A stretch of 64,000 bases of DNA from Chryseolinea serpens (lineage in GTDB: Bacteria; Bacteroidota; Bacteroidia; Cytophagales; Cyclobacteriaceae), in contig NZ_FQWQ01000003.1 of NCBI RefSeq assembly GCF_900129725.1, positions 404,686-468,685 on the forward strand, in the 5' to 3' direction. Each line of letters starts with the position of its first letter. Within the stretch, counting starts at the first letter, position 1. Shown here in pieces: positions 57,233 through 64,000 of this stretch. Both the position numbers and the translations under genes were made by a program. The notes under the pieces were generated by a model that worked only from the letters and a program-made list of their open reading frames with translations, was not told where the DNA came from and did no database searches.

Positions 57233-59167
57233 TTGGAGACCCCGCAAACCATACTGAAACGATACTGGAATCACAGCCAGTTCCGGCCCCTGCAGGAGGA
57301 TATTGTCAACTCCGTTTTGCAGGGCAATGATACCCTGGCGCTGTTGCCCACAGGGGGAGGCAAGTCCGTATGCTTCCAGGTACCCGCATTGTTGTTGGAG
57401 GGGGTTTGCATTGTGATCACCCCGCTCATTGCCCTCATGAAAGACCAGGTGGAGCAGTTGAAGCGTCGCCAGATCGAGGCCGTCGCCATCCACTCCGGCC
57501 TCGCCCGCCGCGAGATCGACATCTTGCTGGACAACTGCGTGTATGGCACCATCAAATTCCTGTACGTGTCGCCGGAGCGTTTGCTCACCGAGATCTTTAT
57601 CGAACGCGTGAAGCGCATGAAGGTGGGCCTCATCGCCGTGGACGAAGCGCATTGCATTTCACAATGGGGCTACGATTTCCGGCCATCCTATTTAAAGATC
57701 GCATCGCTGCGCGAGCTGAAACCCGACGTGCCTGTGATCGCCCTCACCGCCACGGCCACCCAACAGGTGCGCAACGACATTATGGAGAAGCTGGCCTTTA
57801 AAGAACCGGCTGGCGTCTTTCAAAAATCATTTGCCCGCGAGAACCTTTCGTTTGTCGTTCGTCATACTGAAAACAAAGACCGCAAAGTGTTGGAAATTCT
57901 CACGAAGGTGAAAGGCTCGTCCATCATCTACGTGCGCTCCCGCAAAGCCACACAGGACATTGCCGATTGGCTCGTGAAAAAAAAGATCTCCGCTTCCTTC
58001 TATCACGCCGGCCTCGATTTTGAAGAGCGCGGTAGGCGACAGGAGGAATGGATCAAAAATGAAAAACGCGTCATCGTGGCCACCAACGCCTTCGGTATGG
58101 GCATCGACAAACCCGACGTCCGCCTGGTGATTCACCTCGATCTGCCCGAAAACCTGGAGGCCTACTACCAGGAGGCGGGCCGTGGCGGCCGGGATGGACA
58201 ACGGGCCTATGCGGCCGTGATCTACCAGGAGGCCGACCTGGTGAACCTCAAAACAAAAGTGGAGCAGTCGCAGCCCTCGCCGGCCTATTTGAAAAAAGTA
58301 TACCAGGCCCTGGCCAACTACTATCAATTGGCCGAAGGCAGCGCGGAAGGCCAGAGCTATAATTTCGAACTGAACGAGTTTGTGGAGCGTTTCCACCTGC
58401 AGGCCACGGAAGTATACGCCGGCCTCAAAAAGCTGGAGGAAGAGGGGCTGATCCAATTCAACGAAAGCTATTACAGCCCCTCGCGATTGCACCTGTCGCT
58501 GGACAAAGGCAAGCTTTATGAGTTCCAGGTAGCCAACGCGAGGTTCGATCCGGCCATAAAAATGCTGCTCCGGCTATATGGCGGTGAATTGATGTCCGGT
58601 TTTGTAAATATATCGGAAGCCCAACTGGCCAAAGCGTTGAAAATTTCCACTAGCGAAATGTTTAAAATGCTAGAACATCTTCACGGCTTACGGGTTTTAA
58701 TTTATGAGCCGGCAAAAGATAAACCCCAGGTAACCTTCCTGATGCCCCGTCAGGATGCCGACCGTCTTCCGTTGAACCTCCAGCGCATGGAAGAACGCCG
58801 CCAGCTCATCCTGGGTAAGATGAATGCCATGATCGGCTACGTGACCAACACCCACCGTTGCCGGATGCAGTTCGTGCAAGATTATTTTGACGAGGTGACG
58901 TTTAAGGTATGTGGCCTATGCGATGTTTGCGTACAAAATCGGAAAAAAGAAAATATACACGCCTTCGAGGATCTTCATGGTGAAGTGCTCACCGTGCTAA
59001 AAAAGAAACCCCTCACCGTGGAAGAAGTGGAAGAAATCATCGCACCCCGCGACCACGACCTGTTCGTGGACGTGATCCGCGACATGGTGGACGAAGGCGA
59101 ATTGGAATATGACACAGGATGGAGACTGACCCTGGGAGGGGGCCGGGGGGTAAATATAAATGGATAG
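57233..59167 (+). CDS. recQ: ATP-dependent DNA helicase RecQ
   Basis: It has FRPLQEDIVNSVLQGNDTLALLPTGGGKSVCFQVPAL (motif I), DEAHCISQWGYDFRP (DEAH), an RQC zinc-binding CxxC (CRMQFVQDYFDE...CGLCDVC) and an HRDC-like C-terminus. Confidence 0.9.
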   Translation: METPQTILKRYWNHSQFRPLQEDIVNSVLQGNDTLALLPTGGGKSVCFQVPALLLEGVCIVITPLIALMKDQVEQLKRRQIEAVAIHSGLARREIDILLDNCVYGTIKFLYVSPERLLTEIFIERVKRMKVGLIAVDEAHCISQWGYDFRPSYLKIASLRELKPDVPVIALTATATQQVRNDIMEKLAFKEPAGVFQKSFARENLSFVVRHTENKDRKVLEILTKVKGSSIIYVRSRKATQDIADWLVKKKISASFYHAGLDFEERGRRQEEWIKNEKRVIVATNAFGMGIDKPDVRLVIHLDLPENLEAYYQEAGRGGRDGQRAYAAVIYQEADLVNLKTKVEQSQPSPAYLKKVYQALANYYQLAEGSAEGQSYNFELNEFVERFHLQATEVYAGLKKLEEEGLIQFNESYYSPSRLHLSLDKGKLYEFQVANARFDPAIKMLLRLYGGELMSGFVNISEAQLAKALKISTSEMFKMLEHLHGLRVLIYEPAKDKPQVTFLMPRQDADRLPLNLQRMEERRQLILGKMNAMIGYVTNTHRCRMQFVQDYFDEVTFKVCGLCDVCVQNRKKENIHAFEDLHGEVLTVLKKKPLTVEEVEEIIAPRDHDLFVDVIRDMVDEGELEYDTGWRLTLGGGRGVNING

Positions 59168-59171
59168 AGGT

Positions 59172-59897
59172 ATGAACAGACAGTTAAAGAAATTTTTGAG
59201 GATTTTTATTTACGTTCACGTTTTCCTGGCCGCAGCCTTGTTATTGACCCATTGCTCGTTCTCGCACTACGCCAAGAAATCGTATGAACAGGCAAAGAAG
59301 GACAAACCGTTTGATGTGGTGATCGTGCCCGGTGTTCCCTACGAAAAAGAAAATACAACGTCCATCATGCGCATGCGCGTCTATTGGGCCAAGCATCTTT
59401 ACGACAGTGGTTTCACCAAAAATATTATTTTCTCCGGCTCGGCCGTGTACACCCATTTTGTAGAAGGCATTGTGATGAAGACCATGGCCGACTCGCTGGG
59501 CATTCCCCCGGAGCATACCTTTGCCGAAACCCGGGCAGAGCACAGCACGGAAAACGTCTACTACTCCTGGAAGATGGCCAAGAAAATGGGCTTTCAAAAA
59601 ATTGCCCTGGCTACCGACCCGTTCCAGTCGCGCGTGTTAGGGAGCTTTTCAAAAAAGTATTGTCCCGGCGTGACGGCCATCCCCGTGGTCTATGATATCC
59701 TGAACCGCGAAGTCAAGCCACTGCCGCTGATCGATACGACGAAAGCCTATCGCCCGGAATTTGTATCGATCGTGAAACGTGAAGGATTCTGGAGACGCTT
59801 TCAGGGAACCTTAGGTCGCCGTGTGAAAGAGGAACGTCGCATGGAAGAGGAATTCGAGAGGGAAGCAGGAAAGAAACCCGTGTCCACAAACGAGTAG
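59172..59897 (+). CDS. YdcF/ElyC (DUF218) family membrane-anchored protein
   Basis: The start at 59172 gives MNRQLKK with a TM. The DUF218 pattern is present (VVIVPGVPYE...IIFSGSAVYTHFVEGIVMKTMADSLGIP...TRAEHSTENV). Confidence 0.6.
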   Translation: MNRQLKKFLRIFIYVHVFLAAALLLTHCSFSHYAKKSYEQAKKDKPFDVVIVPGVPYEKENTTSIMRMRVYWAKHLYDSGFTKNIIFSGSAVYTHFVEGIVMKTMADSLGIPPEHTFAETRAEHSTENVYYSWKMAKKMGFQKIALATDPFQSRVLGSFSKKYCPGVTAIPVVYDILNREVKPLPLIDTTKAYRPEFVSIVKREGFWRRFQGTLGRRVKEERRMEEEFEREAGKKPVSTNE

Positions 59898-59914
59898 CGG
59901 AAGCGTTGGGTGTC

Positions 59915-61567
59915 CTATCTTCCCAACAGCTCTTGCGCATTTTCCAGGGCCACCTTCGAAGGCTTGGCACCCCCGATCATCTTGGCGATCTCCTGCACGC
60001 GGTCCTCTGCACTCAACACTTTGATGGCGCTGATGGTTTTGGATGACGTGTTGTCTTTATAGACAAAGTAATGCGCGTCGCCCTTGGCTGCGATCTGTGG
60101 CAAGTGACTGATGGCAATCAACTGGTGGCGTGTCGCCATGGTCTTCATGAGCGTGCCCAGCTTCATGGCCACTTCCCCAGAAATGCCGGTATCAATTTCA
60201 TCGAGGATGAGTGTTGGCATGGCGGTCTTTTCGGCCATCACATATTTGATGCTGAACATGAGCCGCGAGAACTCGCCCCCCGATGCCACCTGGGCCAACG
60301 GACGCGGGGCCACGCCCTTGTTGGCGCTAAAAAGAATATCGATGCGATCTGCACCTTGCGCCGACAACTCGGCCGGTTGCATGTCAATTTGCAACGTGGC
60401 ATTCGGTATACCCAGCTCTTGCAACAAGGCAGTGAGTTGTTTGCACAGCGGGATGAAAACTTTCGTGCGCGAGTCCGTGAGCTTTTTTGCCGTGGCCGTC
60501 ACCACTTTGAGTGCCGCTTCAAAATCTTGCTTGGCTCTCTCCAGCGACTCGTCCAGGTTGGAGGTGAGCGCATCTTTTTGAGACAGGCTTTCCTGGATGG
60601 CCAGCAGCGTCTTGAGGTCTTCGGCTTTATGTTTTTTGAGCAATTTGTAGATCGTGCTCAGTCTTTCCTTGGCAAACTCGGCGTGTTGCGGATCGAACTC
60701 GATCTTCTCTTCTTCGCTTTCAATTTCGCTCATGATGTCGTCCAGTTCGATGAGCACACTTTCCAGGCGCTGCAACAAGGCGGCATAGGCGGGCGAGTAG
60801 GAAGAGACACTGCTCAACGCGGCGCGCGCTTCGCTCAGCTTGACGCGCGCGGCAAAATCCGAAAGCGTCACGGCGTCGAGGATCAGGTTGAAGCTGCTTT
60901 TGATCTCGCTGGTATGATCCATCACCTTCACTTCCGACTCCAGCGTTTCCTGTTCGCCTTCTTCCAGGTGGGCTTGGTTCAGTTCGTCCAGTTGAAAGCG
61001 CACATAGTCGGCTTCCTGCCGCAGCGTGTCGGCCTCTGCACTCAGATTCTCGAAATCTTTGCGGGCCTTGACGTAGGCTTGCCAGTCCGTTGCATACTGT
61101 TCGCGTAGCGTATGGTTGGCCGCATAGGCATCGATCAACCGCAGTTGGAAGCTTTGCTGACCCAGTTGCAGGGTTTCATGTTGCGAGTGGATGTCCATCA
61201 ACAGATTTCCGATGCGTTTCATCACCTCCAGGGTCACGGGCGTGTCGTTGATGAATGCCCGCGATTTTCCACCGGGGCTGATCTCTCTGCGGATCACCGT
61301 GATTTCGTCGTAGTCGAGGTCTTCCGCTTTGAAGACGGATTTGAGTTTATATTCCTTGATGGCAAACGAGCCTTCGATGATGCACTTCTGTTCTTCGTCC
61401 CACAACACCTTGGTGTCGGCGCGGTTGCCCATGAGCAGGCCGATGGCGCCCAGCATGATGGACTTGCCCGCACCCGTTTCGCCCGTGATCACATTGAGGC
61501 TCGGGGAGGGCTCCAGCTCCAGGTGTTTGATGAGCGCATAGTTTTGTATGGTGATATGCTTCAGCAT
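59915..61567 (-). CDS. recN: DNA repair protein RecN
   Basis: It has MLKHITIQNYALIKHLELEPSPSLNVITGETGAGKSIMLGAIGLL (Walker A), a long coiled-coil middle and a C-terminal signature/Walker B (GGEFSRLMFSIKYVMAE...LILDEIDTGISG). Confidence 0.9.
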   Translation of the reverse strand: MLKHITIQNYALIKHLELEPSPSLNVITGETGAGKSIMLGAIGLLMGNRADTKVLWDEEQKCIIEGSFAIKEYKLKSVFKAEDLDYDEITVIRREISPGGKSRAFINDTPVTLEVMKRIGNLLMDIHSQHETLQLGQQSFQLRLIDAYAANHTLREQYATDWQAYVKARKDFENLSAEADTLRQEADYVRFQLDELNQAHLEEGEQETLESEVKVMDHTSEIKSSFNLILDAVTLSDFAARVKLSEARAALSSVSSYSPAYAALLQRLESVLIELDDIMSEIESEEEKIEFDPQHAEFAKERLSTIYKLLKKHKAEDLKTLLAIQESLSQKDALTSNLDESLERAKQDFEAALKVVTATAKKLTDSRTKVFIPLCKQLTALLQELGIPNATLQIDMQPAELSAQGADRIDILFSANKGVAPRPLAQVASGGEFSRLMFSIKYVMAEKTAMPTLILDEIDTGISGEVAMKLGTLMKTMATRHQLIAISHLPQIAAKGDAHYFVYKDNTSSKTISAIKVLSAEDRVQEIAKMIGGAKPSKVALENAQELLGR

Positions 61568-61792
61568 TCAGGCAAAGGTGTCGAAATAGAGTTCGGCAAT
61601 GGTGTCGATCCGGTAGGTCATTTTTTTGCGGCGCATGTTCAGGAGCTTGATCTCGGTGGCGTTCACGTCGGTAAGTTCGCCAAACATGGCGGTGTTGTCT
61701 GTGAGCACAATATTAATTTTTTTACCCAGAAATTCGGCCACCCGTTTCCGGATTTGCACGGCGTCGCTGAGGCGGAGTTGTTTGGTGCTCAT
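61568..61792 (-). CDS. Small hypothetical protein (74 aa) translationally coupled to recN
   Basis: Its stop abuts the recN start codon. It sits between DUF4835 and recN on the same strand. No recognisable motif was found. Confidence 0.35.
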   Translation of the reverse strand: MSTKQLRLSDAVQIRKRVAEFLGKKINIVLTDNTAMFGELTDVNATEIKLLNMRRKKMTYRIDTIAELYFDTFA

Positions 61793-61858
61793 GAGAAAAT
61801 TTAGGATCGGTAAAACTGCCGAAATCGGGGCATGAATCCAAACACGGGCAAGGGGAGA

Positions 61859-62776
61859 TCAGTTCTCGATCATCTTGCTGTATCCCGCCCGGGTGTTGGA
61901 CGGGTCGATGGCCGTCACGATGTCGTAGACCTCCCGGCGGACCTGGATGTTGCCGCTGGAAAAAATGTTGGACAATTCCTTGCCCTTGGCGTCAAAAAAG
62001 CTGATCACCAGGATAGACGCAGGGTTGATATCGCGCATTTTCTTTACGTCGCGCAAACTTTTGAGGATGATCTCACGGCTTTTGTCGGGATCTTTCTCAA
62101 AGTTGTCGAGCGCCAGGCGGTGATAGGAGTAGAGGGCCTTGCGGACATCGACCGACTGCGCGTTGTTATAGTTCTCCACGATCCAATAGCGGCTCCGGTT
62201 GTTGCCCCCCAGGGCTTGCCAACCCGCACGGTTGGATTGCTGCGCGTTGTTGACCACGGCCAGCGCTTTCTGGAAATACGCTGTGCCACCCAATTCGCTA
62301 AACGTGTCGGCATCGACACCCACGATCAGGTAGGCATACAGCGCCAGCATGGAGGTGAGGTTGGTGGTGTAGGTATTGTCGTTGAATTCCAGGGGAAGCG
62401 ACTCGATGTATTCAAACTCCCAATCGCGGTCGGCAAAGTTGAAGATCAGGCTGGAGTAGTTCGTGCCATACACCGGCCGCGCAGCCTGGATCTGTACGGA
62501 GGCTGTGAAGTTGCCCACGGAGGGCATCTTGGTGATGGTGATCAGCATGTTGCAGTTGATCTTCTCATAGACCTTATAGGCGTCGGGCGTCCATTTGCGC
62601 GAGTTCATGAACTGCTCGATGGCGGTCTTCATGTCGCGGAAGATGCCGCGGTCGGAAGTGGCGATCTGTGTGGAGTTGATGGTGACGGTGCAGGCCAGTT
62701 CCTGCGCCCATCCGAAACCGAATGAGCAAAGGGTGATACACAAAAGAAAAGCACGCTTAGTCATGCAGTTTTTCAA
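61859..62776 (-). CDS. DUF4835-family secreted protein (conserved coaBC-DUF4835-recN Bacteroidota synteny)
   Basis: It has a signal peptide (MKNCMTKRAFLLCITLCSFGFGWAQ). It lies between coaBC and recN as in many Bacteroidota genomes. The antisense ORF 61832..62725 is rejected. Confidence 0.6.
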   Translation of the reverse strand: MKNCMTKRAFLLCITLCSFGFGWAQELACTVTINSTQIATSDRGIFRDMKTAIEQFMNSRKWTPDAYKVYEKINCNMLITITKMPSVGNFTASVQIQAARPVYGTNYSSLIFNFADRDWEFEYIESLPLEFNDNTYTTNLTSMLALYAYLIVGVDADTFSELGGTAYFQKALAVVNNAQQSNRAGWQALGGNNRSRYWIVENYNNAQSVDVRKALYSYHRLALDNFEKDPDKSREIILKSLRDVKKMRDINPASILVISFFDAKGKELSNIFSSGNIQVRREVYDIVTAIDPSNTRAGYSKMIEN

Positions 62777-63971
62777 TGATGGCCTCTACAATGTCTTGTG
62801 CTACGGCATTCTTGTCTTTCAGGTCGAATGCCTTGGCCTGGTTGTTCCGGTCCAGGATCGTGATCTTGTTCGTGTCGTGACCAAAGCCCGCGCCGTTGTC
62901 GCGCAACGAATTTAACACGATCAGGTCAAAATTCTTCGACTCCAGCTTTTTAAATGCGTTGGCTTGCTCGTGTTCCGTTTCCAGGGCAAAGCCCACCACG
63001 ATCTGTCCGTTGTGCTTCAGCTTGCCCAGCGACGCGGCGATGTCGCGCGTTTTCACCAGCTCGAGGTTGAAGACGTCGTCTTTCTTTTTGATCTTCTGAT
63101 CGGCGATCACCGCAGGGCGGTAGTCGGCCACGGCGGCGGCCAACACGGTGATGTCGGCAGCGGAGAAGAGGGTGGTGCAGGCGTTGTACATGTCTTCGGC
63201 GGAAGTTACATGCTTAACGCTGATGCGGGGATTTTCGGTATGCTGTTGCGTGGGGCCCGCAATTAAATCCACGTCGGCGCCGGCGTTGGCCAGGGCTTCG
63301 GCGATGGCAAATCCCATCTTGCCGCTGGAGTGGTTGCCGATAAAACGGACGGGGTCCAACGCCTCGTAGGTTGGGCCGGCCGTGACCAGCACTTTTTTGC
63401 CCGCCAGTTTTTGCTGGGGACGAAAGAAATCCTCCAGGTGTTGCACGATCTGCTCCGGCTCGGCCATGCGGCCCGTACCCACCAACCCACTGGCGAGCTC
63501 GCCAAACGTGGAGTCGATGATGTGGTTGCCAAAGCTTTTGAGTCTTTTGAGATTTTCCTTGACGGCCGGATGCTGCAGCATGTCCAGGTCCATGGCCGGG
63601 GCCATAAAAACCGGGCAGCGCGCCGACAGGTAAACGGCCAGCAACAGGTTGTCGCAAAGGCCGTGTGCCATTTTGCCCAGGGTGTTGGCCGTGGCGGGGG
63701 CGACGACGATGGCGTCGGCGGCCAGGGCCAGGTCAACGTGGTTGTTCCATTCGCCGGTGTCGGCTTTTTGGAAGTGGGTGAGGGCAGGCTTTTTGGAAAG
63801 CGTAGCCAGTGTAAGCGGCGTGATGAATTCGTGGGCGTCGGGCGTCAGGATCACCTGCACGTCGGCCCCGGCTTTGACCAGGAGGCGCACGAGCACGGCC
63901 GACTTATACGCCGCAATGCCCCCACATACTCCGACCACGATCCGCTTGCCTTTCAGCATGGCTTCGCGCAA
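62757..63971 (-). CDS. coaBC: Bifunctional phosphopantothenoylcysteine decarboxylase/phosphopantothenate-cysteine ligase CoaBC
   Basis: It has an N-terminal flavoprotein decarboxylase domain (KRIVVGVCGGIAAYKSAVLVRLLVKAGADVQVILT) and a C-terminal CoaB ligase domain (KVLVTAGPTYEALDPVRFIGNHSSGKMGFAIAEA...). Confidence 0.9.
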   Translation of the reverse strand: MREAMLKGKRIVVGVCGGIAAYKSAVLVRLLVKAGADVQVILTPDAHEFITPLTLATLSKKPALTHFQKADTGEWNNHVDLALAADAIVVAPATANTLGKMAHGLCDNLLLAVYLSARCPVFMAPAMDLDMLQHPAVKENLKRLKSFGNHIIDSTFGELASGLVGTGRMAEPEQIVQHLEDFFRPQQKLAGKKVLVTAGPTYEALDPVRFIGNHSSGKMGFAIAEALANAGADVDLIAGPTQQHTENPRISVKHVTSAEDMYNACTTLFSAADITVLAAAVADYRPAVIADQKIKKKDDVFNLELVKTRDIAASLGKLKHNGQIVVGFALETEHEQANAFKKLESKNFDLIVLNSLRDNGAGFGHDTNKITILDRNNQAKAFDLKDKNAVAQDIVEAIIEKLHD

Positions 63972-64000
63972 TTAAAGTTCGACCTTCGTGTCGTCTTCGC

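Noticed and set aside
60071-62725. Long + strand ORFs (345 aa and 297 aa) antisense to recN and DUF4835
   Set aside because: The minus-strand products have clear RecN Walker motifs, and a signal peptide in the DUF4835 protein. The + strand translations are low-complexity (R/G/V/D/L).
1-64000. A scan for a CRISPR array, IS element or prophage
   Set aside because: There are no regularly spaced direct repeats, and no transposase, integrase, recombinase or phage structural motifs in any frame.

Overview
This 64 kb window looks like Bacteroidota chromosome, by gene content (SusC/SusD pairs, Y_Y_Y propeller hybrid two-component sensors, AraC regulators, a DUF4835-RecN-CoaBC block); GC is roughly 50-58% by eye. 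It is an accessory, glycan-foraging region followed by housekeeping genes. No CRISPR array, transposase or integrase was found.

**PUL 1 (1..13978, + strand).** A partial hybrid two-component sensor (HTCS) is followed by SusC, SusD, an IPT/TIG surface lipoprotein, a BACON-GH5 endoglucanase, a GH39 and a GH29 alpha-L-fucosidase. This looks like a fucosylated hemicellulose or xyloglucan-type locus.

**Orphan sensor island (14049..24832).** Two paralogous propeller sensor histidine kinases on the minus strand lack receiver and HTH domains. They flank a PD40 propeller protein, an AraC regulator and an epoxide hydrolase. A structured 420 bp gene-free spacer sits between the epoxide hydrolase and the second kinase.

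**Region around tRNA-Leu (25385..30604).** A putative zinc-metallopeptidase lipoprotein with an atypical zinc motif precedes tRNA-Leu(CAA). Next comes a compact minus-strand cassette of a membrane protein, a small winged-helix regulator, a second membrane protein and an SDR. Two copies of a palindromic AGTTTG-N5-CAAAC site sit upstream of the two membrane-protein genes and are a candidate operator. A DinB-like protein follows.

**Middle block (31037..35627).** A flotillin/SPFH protein, a small membrane-anchored hypothetical, and an AraC+SDR pair.

**PUL 2 (35883..49436), galactan-type.** A GH53 galactanase and an HTCS on the minus strand are divergent from SusC, SusD, a SusE/F-like protein with three ~104 aa tandem repeats, and a second GH53.

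**Downstream genes (49638..63971).** An ArsR regulator with a duplicated palindromic operator is translationally coupled to an unusual SRPBCC(AHSA1)-PhnB/VOC fusion. Then come an ABM monooxygenase, a SAM hydroxide adenosyltransferase (DUF62), PhoH, ComEC, an enoyl-CoA hydratase, a substrate-binding protein, RecQ, a YdcF-like protein, RecN, DUF4835 and CoaBC.

Several strong intrinsic-terminator hairpins separate convergent units. Most long ORFs antisense to real genes are rejected as artefacts.
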